A stretch of DNA of 64,000 bases, taken from IMG/VR virus record IMGVR_UViG_3300028394_000037; one strand, written 5' to 3'. Made by a program: the position numbers and the translations under genes. This stretch comes from a virus. Under the pieces are notes generated by a model. That model saw nothing but the letters and a program-made list of their open reading frames with translations. It was not told the DNA's origin and did not search any database. This document shows, in pieces, positions 39,443 to 49,397 of this stretch. Numbering within the stretch: position 1 is the stretch's first letter; each line of letters starts with the position of its first letter.

Positions 39443-39464
39443 AAACTCATGTTATGAGTAGTTA

Positions 39465-40544
39465 TTAACCGATAGAAGGTGCAGTAAGAGCAACTTGAGT
39501 TGTCTCAGCAGCAGCAAGATCCAAGGGGAAATTGTGTGCGTTCCTTTCGTGCATAACTTCCATTCCAAGTCCTGCTTTGTTAAGAATATCAGCCCAAGTA
39601 GGAATTACTCGGTTTTGACTATCAAGCAGGGACTGATTGAAGTTGAAACCATTCAGGTTGAACGCCATAGTAGATACACCAAGAGCGGTAAACCAAATAC
39701 CCACGACGGGCCAAGCAGCAAGGAAGAAATGCAGACTACGAGAATTGTTAAACGAAGCATATTGGAAGATGAGACGACCAAAGTACCCGTGTGCCGCAAC
39801 AATGTTGTAGGTTTCTTCTTCTTGACCGAACTTGTATCCATAGTTTTGTGATTCATTTTCAGTAGTTTCACGAACCAGTGATGAGGTTACCAAACTTCCG
39901 TGCATCGCAGAGAACAATGAACCACCGAAGACACCAGCAACTCCCATCATATGAAAAGGGTGCATCAGAATGTTATGTTCTGCTTGGAAGACAAGCATAT
40001 AATTGAATGTGCCAGAAATACCAAGAGGCATAGCATCAGAGAATGAACCTTGACCGAAAGGATACACCAGGAATACAGCAGTCGCAGCAGCAACAGGTGC
40101 CGAGTATGCAACGCAAATCCAAGGACGCATACCTAAACGGTAAGAGAGTTCCCATTCACGTCCCATATAGCAGAAGATACCAATGAGAAAGTGAAATACA
40201 ACAAGTTGAAACGGACCCCCATTGTAGAGCCATTCGTCTAAACTTGCAGCTTCCCAGATAGGATACAAGTGAAGTCCAATAGCATTAGAGGAAGGAACAA
40301 CAGCACCAGAGATGATGTTATTTCCGTACATAAGTGAACCAGATACAGGTTCACGAATGCCATCAATGTCCACAGGGGGAGCACCGATGAATGCGATGAT
40401 AAAGCAAGTGGTTGCAGCAAGCAACGTTGGAATCATCAGAACACCGAACCAACCGACATAAAGACGGTTATCGGTAGAAGTCACCCAGGAGCAGAATTCG
40501 TCCCAGGCATTAAAAGTTTTGCGTGTAGCAATTGTAGCAGTCAT
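39465..40544 (-). CDS. psbA: Photosystem II reaction centre D1 protein
   Basis: Full-length 359 aa D1 ([29 protein letters not shown]), no intron. Confidence 0.99.
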   Translation of the reverse strand: MTATIATRKTFNAWDEFCSWVTSTDNRLYVGWFGVLMIPTLLAATTCFIIAFIGAPPVDIDGIREPVSGSLMYGNNIISGAVVPSSNAIGLHLYPIWEAASLDEWLYNGGPFQLVVFHFLIGIFCYMGREWELSYRLGMRPWICVAYSAPVAAATAVFLVYPFGQGSFSDAMPLGISGTFNYMLVFQAEHNILMHPFHMMGVAGVFGGSLFSAMHGSLVTSSLVRETTENESQNYGYKFGQEEETYNIVAAHGYFGRLIFQYASFNNSRSLHFFLAAWPVVGIWFTALGVSTMAFNLNGFNFNQSLLDSQNRVIPTWADILNKAGLGMEVMHERNAHNFPLDLAAAETTQVALTAPSIG

Positions 40545-40547
40545 TTT

Positions 40548-40665
40548 TCTTAAAAGGGTAAGTAGTAGTTCAGGAGGTGCTGAACGGTAAAAGTATTCCT
40601 ATGCAACCCTCCTGCATAGGTATGAGGACGGATTTTACTTGCCTAGTCCTGGTGCGGCAAGGTGA
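40548..40665 (-). ncRNA. Structured psbA 5' leader (PhotoRC-II-like motif)
   Basis: Hairpins CTTGCC/GGCAAG, CCTATGCA/TGCATAGG (GGAGGG loop) and GTTCAG/CTGAAC (loop with CCTC complementary to the GAGG loop). Confidence 0.6.
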
Positions 40666-40690
40666 AGAAAAGTTACATTCCTTAACACCT

Positions 40691-40723
40691 ATTTATCATA
40701 GCATTGTCAGGAAATCCTGTCAA
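40691..40723 (-). promoter_or_regulatory. psbA promoter (sigma70 with overlapping late ATAAATA)
   Basis: TTGACA-17 nt-TATGAT overlapping ATAAATA. Confidence 0.75.
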
Positions 40724-40727
40724 GACA

Positions 40728-40754
40728 TAAAAAAGGACCCCTTTCGGAGTCCTC
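40728..40754 (-). terminator. Intrinsic terminator
   Basis: AGGACTCC-GAAA-GGGGTCCT-TTTTT. Confidence 0.8.
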
Positions 40755-40812
40755 TTGAAAGTTTTAGTTGGTAATCAAATTTCAGAAAACAGTGCAACTC
40801 TATTTCCAATAG

Positions 40813-41328
40813 TCAAATTGTTTTGTATCCATAAAACACAGTTTGACCTATACCGCTATTATTAGTAATACCAAACGAAAAAGTATTAGTATTACTGACA
40901 GCGGGACTAGATGTACTTATAGATCCAGATGTGCCGATTATTTGACTTGGTATTGATGTTAATACTAATTGATTTCCAGCAATATAATACCAACCATATT
41001 GATTACCTATTACTGGAACATTTGAATTTGAAATGGAAACAGTAGCATTCCAAATACAAATACCATTTGATATATTACCTCTCATCCACATCACATAATT
41101 TGCATTTGCTGGTACAGTAAAACTATAAGTACCAATACCAGTAGATACAGTCCAACTACCTTGATTTCCACCACATATCGCCAACCCTCCCATAGTTGAT
41201 CCATCGGATAAACTTAAAGATGTAATATTAGGATCATAAAATATTTCTCCTTCATTTCCAACAAATTGGGTTGGTTGTGAATCTCCGAGTTTTTCAACAA
41301 GAATTCTATAGGTAGTGTTAGTAATCAT
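40813..41328 (-). CDS. Hypothetical, probable virion/fibre-associated protein
   Basis: G..GE.FYD....L.LSDG.T.GG N-terminal motif; Ser/Thr-rich beta region; late-promoter-like motif upstream. Confidence 0.5.
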   Translation of the reverse strand: MITNTTYRILVEKLGDSQPTQFVGNEGEIFYDPNITSLSLSDGSTMGGLAICGGNQGSWTVSTGIGTYSFTVPANANYVMWMRGNISNGICIWNATVSISNSNVPVIGNQYGWYYIAGNQLVLTSIPSQIIGTSGSISTSSPAVSNTNTFSFGITNNSGIGQTVFYGYKTI

Positions 41329-41462
41329 TTTTTTAGGATATTTTATTTTTATTTATTAAATCCTACATAACATTATTAATACAATAATTATTGTTGCACT
41401 ATAATTCGTGGATATTTATATTATAATACAAATTTCCTAAATATTTCAAGAACCTTCCAATA

Positions 41463-41651
41463 ATGTCTAGGGACTTCAACACTCCGATTAGAGAACCGTG
41501 GAATGGTCCTATTCATAGGATATTGAAGGCAATAGATAATCATACAGACATTTATATAAAAACCGGAGATACCTGGCATGAAGAACAAGCCAAATATCTC
41601 CGTCAATATGTTTATAATTTAAAAGACTGGATAATCAGTCAAGAAAATTAG
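41463..41651 (+). CDS. Hypothetical protein
   Basis: Lone plus-strand ORF filling the intergenic space. Confidence 0.55.
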   Translation: MSRDFNTPIREPWNGPIHRILKAIDNHTDIYIKTGDTWHEEQAKYLRQYVYNLKDWIISQEN

Positions 41652-42322
41652 ATTACATTACAACATCTTTTGTAATACATCTTACGATCATCCAATCCAT
41701 TATAACCACCATTTACTCTGAGAGTAACCTGATCTACGGTTGGATTTGTATCACATAGAGAATTCATTTGATTATTCATCCACCAGAAACCAGCACTGGT
41801 AAATGGATAGCGAGTAGCAACATATGATACACCACTCATCACTTCTGGATCTTTAATATAGTTAGCAAATGCCTGATAGTTTGCTCTACCAGTCAGTTGA
41901 ATATACCCAGCACCCTTATACTTCTTACCATCACCAGATTGAGTATTACCAAGATCATCACGACCCTCATAAGCATCACCGGATGCCAGTTCCATTTTAT
42001 ATCTTCCACCACCAGACTCATGAGAAATCTGTGAAAGAAAATGACGAATACGAGAAGGAGTAGTAATATCAAAAGTCTTCAGGCACTTATTCAGTTCAAC
42101 AATTTCTGTATCTTGAATGAGTTTAGTAGTACAGCCCCAGATGAATGCAAGTTGTTCTTTTGAAACAAGTTGCATACCATAAACTGGTGGTTTTGTTCTA
42201 TAGAGTTTTGCAAACTCTTCAAGAATATCAGGTGCTACGTGCTGTTGAAGATACTCCCATGCTTTCAGTTGCTCTGGAGTATTCTTATTATACTTAATCG
42301 CATCTAAAAAGTTAATAGTCAT
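41648..42322 (-). CDS. GH19-family (chitinase-like) endolysin
   Basis: HFLSQ..HESGG; LGN...GDG..YKG.G.IQLTGR.NY; VNGG.NGL.DR; start moved to MTINF. Confidence 0.88.
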   Translation of the reverse strand: MTINFLDAIKYNKNTPEQLKAWEYLQQHVAPDILEEFAKLYRTKPPVYGMQLVSKEQLAFIWGCTTKLIQDTEIVELNKCLKTFDITTPSRIRHFLSQISHESGGGRYKMELASGDAYEGRDDLGNTQSGDGKKYKGAGYIQLTGRANYQAFANYIKDPEVMSGVSYVATRYPFTSAGFWWMNNQMNSLCDTNPTVDQVTLRVNGGYNGLDDRKMYYKRCCNVI

Positions 42323-43011
42323 GTGAAAATCCTTCCCCATCCATCGTTCCCATTTGGGCACCAACGAGCAACTAATTCAGACTTCTTATAGATAGCACCC
42401 TTACCATTATAAACATCCCCAGTATAACCATCATTAAGTGAACCATAAGGATCATTTACAACATAATCACCACCTTCTGTCTTACCAACTACAACGACCA
42501 TGTGGCCCCCAGTAGGATTAGACAAAGAACCTCTATGAAGAATGCCAATAACCACAGGTCGTCCAGCAGACAACTCACAATCAAGATCTGCGAAAGACAG
42601 ATTGTAACTAAACTCAGAACGGATACCGTAGTCAGATAATGCCTTTGTTTGAACTTCGTGATCTGTTGTATCACCGATTGAAAAGACTTTGCGAACATAC
42701 GCATCATCTCCTTTTACTCCTATTAAAGTGCCTGGTTTAAAATACTGAAGACACATCGCACAACTAGAACTATTACAAGTGCGCGATGCATCTGTATAAT
42801 TATCAGTTTGTGGATAATAAGGAACATCTAAACGAATAGATGATTTTGGCCTTTCAATTTTTGTTCTGTAAATGCGAACCCAATTTGCACTATCTTCAAG
42901 AAGTGCTGCAGCATACTTTTCAATATTTGATTCAAGTTCAGCTACTGCAGCAACGTGTTTTGGATTTTTTGCATCATAATTCTTAAAAAAGTTATGCAAA
43001 TCTATTTTCAT
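42319..43011 (-). CDS. Peptidase C39-like cell-wall hydrolase
   Basis: L.VPY..Q.DN....C..SS.AM; GGH..VVVG; VNDPYG. Confidence 0.8.
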   Translation of the reverse strand: MKIDLHNFFKNYDAKNPKHVAAVAELESNIEKYAAALLEDSANWVRIYRTKIERPKSSIRLDVPYYPQTDNYTDASRTCNSSSCAMCLQYFKPGTLIGVKGDDAYVRKVFSIGDTTDHEVQTKALSDYGIRSEFSYNLSFADLDCELSAGRPVVIGILHRGSLSNPTGGHMVVVVGKTEGGDYVVNDPYGSLNDGYTGDVYNGKGAIYKKSELVARWCPNGNDGWGRIFT

Positions 43012-43040
43012 ACAAATCTCGCGTATGCCTTTTATTTATT

Positions 43041-43250
43041 TCACCATAACCCAGGAATAATCTGCCCGGTCACAGCATAAGCACCAAGAGCAGCAATTAC
43101 TCCCAGCATCGCAAAACGACCATTCAGTTTTTCTGCACGTTCGCTATAAGTTTCTTGTTCGTGTTTCATTTGATCTTCCTCTGTGATATACATTTTGGGT
43201 TCTCTGGCGAACATATTTTGGCGTCCACCGTCTTCAGTCGTAACAGTCAT
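43041..43250 (-). CDS. hli: High-light inducible protein
   Basis: AEKLNGRFAMLG....TGQIIPG. Confidence 0.95.
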   Translation of the reverse strand: MTVTTEDGGRQNMFAREPKMYITEEDQMKHEQETYSERAEKLNGRFAMLGVIAALGAYAVTGQIIPGLW

Positions 43251-43277
43251 TATTGTTTTATGAAGTTTTACAACAAT

Positions 43278-43315
43278 ATTATATAGAAAAAAAGAGAGGG
43301 TGTCAACCCTCTCTT
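43278..43315 (-). promoter_or_regulatory. Fused terminator/promoter cassette, copy 2 (hli promoter)
   Basis: Same AAGAGAGGG-TTGACA-CCCTCTCTTTTTTT core as at ~35650; 17 nt to TATAAT. Confidence 0.75.
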
Positions 43316-43324
43316 GAAATTAGA

Positions 43325-44209
43325 TCAGAACTTGAAACCAAGTCCGACAGTGCCGGTTACATTGTAACCTTGACCACTGCCGTAGTTGTAGGTAGCCCTA
43401 CCAGCCCTGACAGATCCAAAGGTTTCGGCACCAGTGTTGCTGAAAGGAATCTTGGCATCGGCAAACAGAACAATGTTCTTTGCTACTGATACTTCAGCAC
43501 CTGCGACACCGATACCAGCACCCTGATTGCCACCAACCTGTCCACCAGCACCAAGATAGATGTTAGCAGTAGATACCTTACTACCATCAGCAAGAGTACG
43601 ACGGGCAATAGGAATATCCAGAGTAGCAAGTCCACCACCGAATACACCGCCACTCACATAGTTAGGAGTAGAAGTGAATGTTACATAAGGACGAGCAGAC
43701 ACTGCATACTGACTACCAAGATCAAATGCCTTTACACGACCTTGAAGAGTGATACCTGACTCATAAGCACGGGAAGCAAGAGGAGTAATACCAGGATAGT
43801 TAGCAGCATTGCCAGAAAAAGCAATACCACCATAGTTACCAACACCGAGTTCACGACGTTGAGTGGCAGTCACGGCAGCAACTTCCAACTTGGTTACACG
43901 GTTGCTCACAGCACCGATTTGAGCACGAAGAGCAGCACCCAACTTAGCATCTGCTTCAGTGTAGAATGCAGTGATGTTGTCAAGGCAATGATTTGTCAGA
44001 GCAAAAACTTCATCACGAGTTGCATCAGCAGCAGGCTTAAGAGTGCCGTTAGGATAACCAGCAAGACATCCATAGCGTGAGTTAAGATTTTGAATTGCCT
44101 GATATGCCCAGTCGGTAGGTTGCAGATCCGAATAGGTAGCAGGAGCAGCAAGTACAGGAGCAGAAGTTGCGATAACAGCAACACCAGCAAGAATTGAACG
44201 AGTAATCAT
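43325..44209 (-). CDS. SLH-domain outer-membrane beta-barrel protein (cyanobacterial porin-like)
   Basis: Signal peptide; SD..PTDWAYQA...L..RYGC..GYP.G....TR.E SLH motif; coiled coil; amphipathic strands ending GLGFKF. Confidence 0.8.
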   Translation of the reverse strand: MITRSILAGVAVIATSAPVLAAPATYSDLQPTDWAYQAIQNLNSRYGCLAGYPNGTLKPAADATRDEVFALTNHCLDNITAFYTEADAKLGAALRAQIGAVSNRVTKLEVAAVTATQRRELGVGNYGGIAFSGNAANYPGITPLASRAYESGITLQGRVKAFDLGSQYAVSARPYVTFTSTPNYVSGGVFGGGLATLDIPIARRTLADGSKVSTANIYLGAGGQVGGNQGAGIGVAGAEVSVAKNIVLFADAKIPFSNTGAETFGSVRAGRATYNYGSGQGYNVTGTVGLGFKF

Positions 44210-44260
44210 AAGTTTTATTAAAGTGAAATGTTAAAAGACTTTTTAGGAGTCTCAAGAACC

Positions 44261-44294
44261 TATTTAGTGTAACATATTGAAATGTGAATGTCAA
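44261..44294 (-). promoter_or_regulatory. Promoter of the SLH outer-membrane protein gene
   Basis: TTGACA-17 nt-TACACT followed by TAAATA. Confidence 0.6.
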
Positions 44295-45094
44295 CCCTCT
44301 TGTTGGGATTGTGCGGCAGAATTTTCGGTTATCCGCCCAAGATAAGGATCATAATCCATATAATCTTTGATGTCAATATTCGCACCATTCTGTGCCCAAA
44401 AATTTGATAGCGCATCATGTGGGGCTTTATGAAATATTGAAACGTGCTCTGGATGAATAGTAGATTCCATATTCAAATTATAAAGAAACAAGGGAATGGT
44501 ATAAGTTTTTCCAGATTCTAAAACAACATCTTCAGAAACTGCTCTTGGTTTTACACCATTATCAAGTTTATATTTTTCTCCTCGCATATGATTTTTTACA
44601 ATTTTAGAAGCATGATGACGAGTAATCAAATAAATTGCCGCAGAAAAATCATTTATAAACCGAATGTGAAGTTTAACGTGAATATCTCCGGTACAAATTG
44701 TAGTCAATTGTAAACAATCCCAATCATGAGGAGTATGAGAAAAGAAATCATCCCAAGTAAAATTCCAATATTTTACAAGATCAAAACTTACATCATCCTC
44801 AACAATTAAGCAATATTCATCTTCAGTATTTTCATAAAAATGTTTAATTGCTTTGAGATGTGACATACAACATCCAAGTTCATTTTGAGTTACATTGTCA
44901 GGTATCCTCCCCTTAAGATATGATGAGACATCATCAATTCTTCCATCATAACCAGAAATTCTGGTATGATTTTTAATATCCCAATACTCAAATTGCTGCT
45001 CCATATACTGGCGCCTATCAGTATCAGAATCAAGATTCAACCAGTAAATATGAGGGATATTTACTAACTTATAGATGGATTTATTCTTGTCCAT
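44291..45094 (-). CDS. Glycosyltransferase family 25
   Basis: Y.LNL....DRR..M; ELGC..SH..A; LI.EDD. Confidence 0.85.
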   Translation of the reverse strand: MDKNKSIYKLVNIPHIYWLNLDSDTDRRQYMEQQFEYWDIKNHTRISGYDGRIDDVSSYLKGRIPDNVTQNELGCCMSHLKAIKHFYENTEDEYCLIVEDDVSFDLVKYWNFTWDDFFSHTPHDWDCLQLTTICTGDIHVKLHIRFINDFSAAIYLITRHHASKIVKNHMRGEKYKLDNGVKPRAVSEDVVLESGKTYTIPLFLYNLNMESTIHPEHVSIFHKAPHDALSNFWAQNGANIDIKDYMDYDPYLGRITENSAAQSQQEG

Positions 45095-45905
45095 CACCAA
45101 TTCTTGTCCATTCATTGGGAATTAAATCTTTAGTATCGTGATTTTTAGTATAACCAATATTGCCAAACCATTGATTTGGTGATATTACTTTTTTATTTTG
45201 ATTTGAAGATAACCATGCTCCCCACCAAGAAAATGTAGAGTTTGCAATAATAAAATCATTGCAAAGAGACATTAAGCAAAGATCAACTCTATTATCAATA
45301 TTTTCTGAAATCATAAAGCGATCATCGGAAAATAATGTTTGATCATTACACCATTTGGGATCGTCTGAAAAAACAATCACATTACGATCATCATCAAAAT
45401 ATTTTAGAGCATCCTCATAATATTTAAGAGATAAGTTAAAATGATTTTCACTATTGGTAAGATAATCTGTGCGGCGAATATGAAGTGCAATTGGATTTTC
45501 AACTGAAGAAATCATCTCCTTACATGGATTTAAAATTTCATCTTTGAAGATAAAATCTTCACGAATCTCTGTCTCAATATGTTTGAAGTATTTTTCAGAT
45601 TGAAAAAATCCATGAAGAGATACGTGATCTGGACAGAGTTTGAAAAGTTCTTCATCAAAATGAAAAAATCTTTCTTGAACTACTGGTGCATTTCCATTGT
45701 TGAGTAATCCAATATTTGCCCTAAGATTAAAACTGTCAAATAGTTCTGAACGAAGTTTATTGCCAATTCCATCATCTACTGCATCCTTATAATAAGGAAC
45801 AATAATATCTGCTCCTACATTTCTAGCAATACCTTTGAGAGATGCATACTGAAACATCTGATTTGCCAGACGACCCATCCTACCAAGAGCATTAAATCCT
45901 ATCAT
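45081..45905 (-). CDS. Glycosyltransferase family 11 (alpha-1,2-fucosyltransferase-like)
   Basis: GRLANQMFQYA; G.FQSEKYF; HIRRTDY; FSDD; IIANSTFSWWGAWL. Confidence 0.9.
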   Translation of the reverse strand: MIGFNALGRMGRLANQMFQYASLKGIARNVGADIIVPYYKDAVDDGIGNKLRSELFDSFNLRANIGLLNNGNAPVVQERFFHFDEELFKLCPDHVSLHGFFQSEKYFKHIETEIREDFIFKDEILNPCKEMISSVENPIALHIRRTDYLTNSENHFNLSLKYYEDALKYFDDDRNVIVFSDDPKWCNDQTLFSDDRFMISENIDNRVDLCLMSLCNDFIIANSTFSWWGAWLSSNQNKKVISPNQWFGNIGYTKNHDTKDLIPNEWTRIGDGQE

Positions 45906-46708
45906 ACCAATTCTTGTCTGCGTTTTTTTAGATAGTCCAGATTCTCATAATACTGTATCAATTGATTTTTGTCAAATGTCTTGATTTGATTCCACAACTG
46001 ATAATTATTATTAAAATTTGGATTATTAAACCAAGAGTTTGGGGTTCTTGAATGCTCTAAATGATATGCATAATTATCAATTCTTGCAATACGATTACCA
46101 AGGACACTCATACGATAATAAAATTCATCATCCTCACATCCCCATGAAATAAAGTTTTCATTCATCATAAAGGAGTCAATATAAACTTGACGGTTTATAA
46201 ATTGACTCCATCCAATTGTGGAATTATAAAGTGTTTTATTTTTATCTAATATTCTTGTATCCAGATTTAAAATAAATTCATCATAGATGTCAAAATTATA
46301 TTCTGCTTTCCATTGATAAACACCACACTGATATGGATAAACCACATCTGCATGATTTTCATTAATCAATTGATAAGCATCAAAATATGATTGAACGGGT
46401 AAAATTGCATCAGCATCATAATTTGCTACGACTTTTGTGTTTGATGCAACAATTAGATCATTCAATACTTTACTTTTACAGAACCAAGGTTCAAAACTTT
46501 CTTCATAAAAATAAGTCAGATTAGATGTATCAACATACTTTCTAATTTCTGGAATTGCTCTAAATTGAAAAGTAGGATGATTTGATACTTCCTTTACAAT
46601 TACCTTTGCAGGAATATGTTTAAGAAGATAAGAAACGGAAGAAATAATATTCCTTAAACGATCTTCGGTTTCAATTTTAGTGGGAATTAAAAAAGTTAAA
46701 TCCATCAT
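45902..46708 (-). CDS. GT-A glycosyltransferase (GT2/GT7 C-terminal-like)
   Basis: DAD (DxD) motif; NENF.SWG.EDDE; YHL.H. Confidence 0.8.
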   Translation of the reverse strand: MMDLTFLIPTKIETEDRLRNIISSVSYLLKHIPAKVIVKEVSNHPTFQFRAIPEIRKYVDTSNLTYFYEESFEPWFCKSKVLNDLIVASNTKVVANYDADAILPVQSYFDAYQLINENHADVVYPYQCGVYQWKAEYNFDIYDEFILNLDTRILDKNKTLYNSTIGWSQFINRQVYIDSFMMNENFISWGCEDDEFYYRMSVLGNRIARIDNYAYHLEHSRTPNSWFNNPNFNNNYQLWNQIKTFDKNQLIQYYENLDYLKKRRQELV

Positions 46709-47559
46709 ACCTCAACAATTTTTCTTTCAATTTCTGTAAAATAATTTGGATGCATATCACTGGTATCCAAATGTAAAAGTGCCTTTCCAAACCATGGAGT
46801 AGGTACATAAACTTTTTTATTTTTATTAGAACTCAACCAAGCAATCCACCAAGAAAATGTGCTATTTGAAATAATAAAATCAGAACACAAAGATGATACA
46901 CACATATCAAAATATCCTTTACGAATATTTTCTGGCGTTTCTTCTACAAAAATAAAATTAGTACCATTAAATATTTCCTTACACCATGAAATATCATCAG
47001 ACGTAATTAGATATTGTCTATCTTTTCCCAAAAGATTAATGCATTCATAATAATAAGATTCTGTACAGGGAGCATGATAATTTTGAAACTTTATAAAATC
47101 ACCACGTCTTGCATTAATACAAACAGCATCTTGTATATTATTTTTACTATGAAACTTTTGAGATTCTTCTAATATATTAGACTTAAATGTAAAATCAGAT
47201 CTAATTTCTTCTTCAACATTTTGATAATACTTATGACTTTCAAAGTGGCCATGAAGAGTTACATTATCAGGACATTCATCAAATAGTTCTTGACAAAAAT
47301 GATGCTGCTCTAATTCAACAATATCACCCTCAACTTCACCGAATCTATTGCCCAGATGAGTCATTTCAAAGCAATGTTGAAGTTGATGATATACAGTAAC
47401 AATCCCATCACCCTGAGGACGATCAAACCAAGTTGCTTGAGAATGATCTGGAATACAGAAATCAAATCCTCTATTTTTTGCTATACCGACTAAAGCAGAA
47501 TATTGGAACATTTGATTTCCAAGTCTGCCATTAGCTCCCAAAGAATTCATACCAATCAT
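46705..47559 (-). CDS. Glycosyltransferase family 11, second paralog
   Basis: GRLGNQMFQY; RRGDF; SDD; NSTFSWW.AWL. Confidence 0.85.
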   Translation of the reverse strand: MIGMNSLGANGRLGNQMFQYSALVGIAKNRGFDFCIPDHSQATWFDRPQGDGIVTVYHQLQHCFEMTHLGNRFGEVEGDIVELEQHHFCQELFDECPDNVTLHGHFESHKYYQNVEEEIRSDFTFKSNILEESQKFHSKNNIQDAVCINARRGDFIKFQNYHAPCTESYYYECINLLGKDRQYLITSDDISWCKEIFNGTNFIFVEETPENIRKGYFDMCVSSLCSDFIISNSTFSWWIAWLSSNKNKKVYVPTPWFGKALLHLDTSDMHPNYFTEIERKIVEV

Positions 47560-47562
47560 AAA

Positions 47563-47919
47563 TTAGTCTCCTTTTGAAAGTCTATAACTATCTTCATCAA
47601 AATGCTGTGTAGAAAATTCAAATAATTCTGTATCTTCTAAAGCAAACATCTGATGCCGAAGTCCTCTGTAAATATGAAATTTATCTCCCATATTCAATAC
47701 GATTTCATCAGCATATGCCATCTCATCGCCATCAGAATATTTGAGAAGTATCTTCCCACTTTGAATGTAAAAAGTTTCATCTTTCAACTTATGGTAATGC
47801 CAAGAGCATTTCTTACCCTTTACAAAATAAAGAAGTTTGCCGCAGTATTCTTCTGTATTAACAATCCACTTTTCAAATCCCCATCCTTTTGGAACAAAAT
47901 TAATCTGCAAAGAATTCAT
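47563..47919 (-). CDS. Cupin-fold sugar(-phosphate) isomerase-like protein
   Basis: VPKGWG.E.W; S.HYH..KDETF; H.....H cupin motifs. Confidence 0.75.
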   Translation of the reverse strand: MNSLQINFVPKGWGFEKWIVNTEEYCGKLLYFVKGKKCSWHYHKLKDETFYIQSGKILLKYSDGDEMAYADEIVLNMGDKFHIYRGLRHQMFALEDTELFEFSTQHFDEDSYRLSKGD

Positions 47920-48226
47920 CTGAATTAATCCCTTTGTCATCAATGTAAAAATTACCAGAAGGTTTTCCTAAAAATAATTCATGATATTTACATTCCCACA
48001 ATCTCAATTGAAGTTCTGTAATGTCATAAAATCTTGATTTTGCCAGATCAGCATTATTATTGTACCGACCCATTCCTCTGGCAGTTAGATATACAATGTA
48101 GTTTCCTTCATCATATAACTTATTTATTTTGTCTATTCTATCATAAATTGGAAGAGCACTTGAATAATCACCATTAGTTACTGATGTACAAATAGTTCCG
48201 TCAATATCAACAACATATTTTTTCAT
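47900..48226 (-). CDS. Minimal HAD-family phosphatase
   Basis: DIDGT, TAR and GKP....YIDDK motifs. Confidence 0.8.
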   Translation of the reverse strand: MKKYVVDIDGTICTSVTNGDYSSALPIYDRIDKINKLYDEGNYIVYLTARGMGRYNNNADLAKSRFYDITELQLRLWECKYHELFLGKPSGNFYIDDKGINSDEFFAD

Positions 48227-48624
48227 GATTGATTTTGTAATTGCTCTAAAAACTTGGTAGTAGAATATTCACCGTACCTATCAAAGAATCTTACCTCATG
48301 TGCAAATTTGCCTCCCACTATTTCACCATTTCTCCAGTCACCACCCTTGACCAAAATATCTGGCCTATACAATTCTATCAAACGCTCAAGTTCAAGATTG
48401 GTATTAAAAGTCAAAACAGTATCAATATATTTGATTGATTCTAACATCAACTTTCTGTGAGATAATGTATTGATAGGCCTACAGTTTCCTTTATCAATTT
48501 TAATTTTTTCATCAGTATCTGTAGCAACAATCAAACGGTCACCAAGAGACTTTGCAATTTTAAACAATTCAATATGTCCAGGATGAAGAATATCAAAACA
48601 CCCATTCACAAAAATAGTTTTCAT
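48223..48624 (-). CDS. Nucleotidyltransferase, RfaE domain II/HldC-like
   Basis: NGCFDILHPGH; KG..RP.N; P...VKG.DW; YSTT. Confidence 0.85.
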   Translation of the reverse strand: MKTIFVNGCFDILHPGHIELFKIAKSLGDRLIVATDTDEKIKIDKGNCRPINTLSHRKLMLESIKYIDTVLTFNTNLELERLIELYRPDILVKGGDWRNGEIVGGKFAHEVRFFDRYGEYSTTKFLEQLQNQS

Positions 48625-49397
48625 GATAAAAATTCTTTTACAGTTTTAAACTCATAATCCAACCATTCAGATTTGGCACAAGTATAGTCCTGATACTTTC
48701 CTACCAAGTGCTGTGGGAATGGAACATAATTAATACTTCCATTATACTTGGAAGCAACGCATTCTGCAACATGCTGAAAACTTACAGGATTACCAGTGCC
48801 CAGATCATAAATTCCAGATGGTCTGTTATTATTAAGCACAATCTCAACCAAGTCACCAACCCAAATAAAATCTCTCAAAAACTTATCAGACCCTTCAAAC
48901 AAATTTAACAATCCAGTTTCTTTGATTTGTTTGGCGAATTTACTTACAGGACTTGCCTGATCTCCTTTGTTTTGCTCACCATCTCCATAAACATTGAAAT
49001 ATCTAAATCCTTGAATATGAGAAAATTTATCAATATTATCAGTAACCCAATAATCTATTTGAAGTTTAGAAATTGCATAGTAATTCAGAGGATTAAAAAT
49101 ACCTTGCTGATTGCCATAAACAGAAGCTGATGATGCATACTTTACAGGTATGCCATACTTAATTGCAAATTCAAATAACAATAAGGTATAATCAACATTC
49201 CATTTATGAATTTTATTAACATCAGTTTCAATGGTAGATGAAATTGCTCCCTGATGAAGAATTAGAGAGACATCATCCCATTCTTTAAACTCTCTAAAAA
49301 ACTGCCAACAATTATGTTGATCCAATTCAACAACATTATCTAATTTGGATTTAAAGTTTTTTCCAATAAATCCACTGGCACCAGTAAGTATAATCAT
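48621..49397 (-). CDS. hldD: ADP-L-glycero-D-manno-heptose 6-epimerase-like
   Basis: TGASGFIG; HQGAISST; YASSASVYG; PLN.YA.SK; RYFNVYG..E..KG..AS; RDFI.V; YQ.YT.A. Confidence 0.8.
   Translation of the reverse strand: MIILTGASGFIGKNFKSKLDNVVELDQHNCWQFFREFKEWDDVSLILHQGAISSTIETDVNKIHKWNVDYTLLLFEFAIKYGIPVKYASSASVYGNQQGIFNPLNYYAISKLQIDYWVTDNIDKFSHIQGFRYFNVYGDGEQNKGDQASPVSKFAKQIKETGLLNLFEGSDKFLRDFIWVGDLVEIVLNNNRPSGIYDLGTGNPVSFQHVAECVASKYNGSINYVPFPQHLVGKYQDYTCAKSEWLDYEFKTVKEFLS

Noticed and set aside
39465-40544. Group I intron in psbA
   Set aside because: The ORF is continuous and full length
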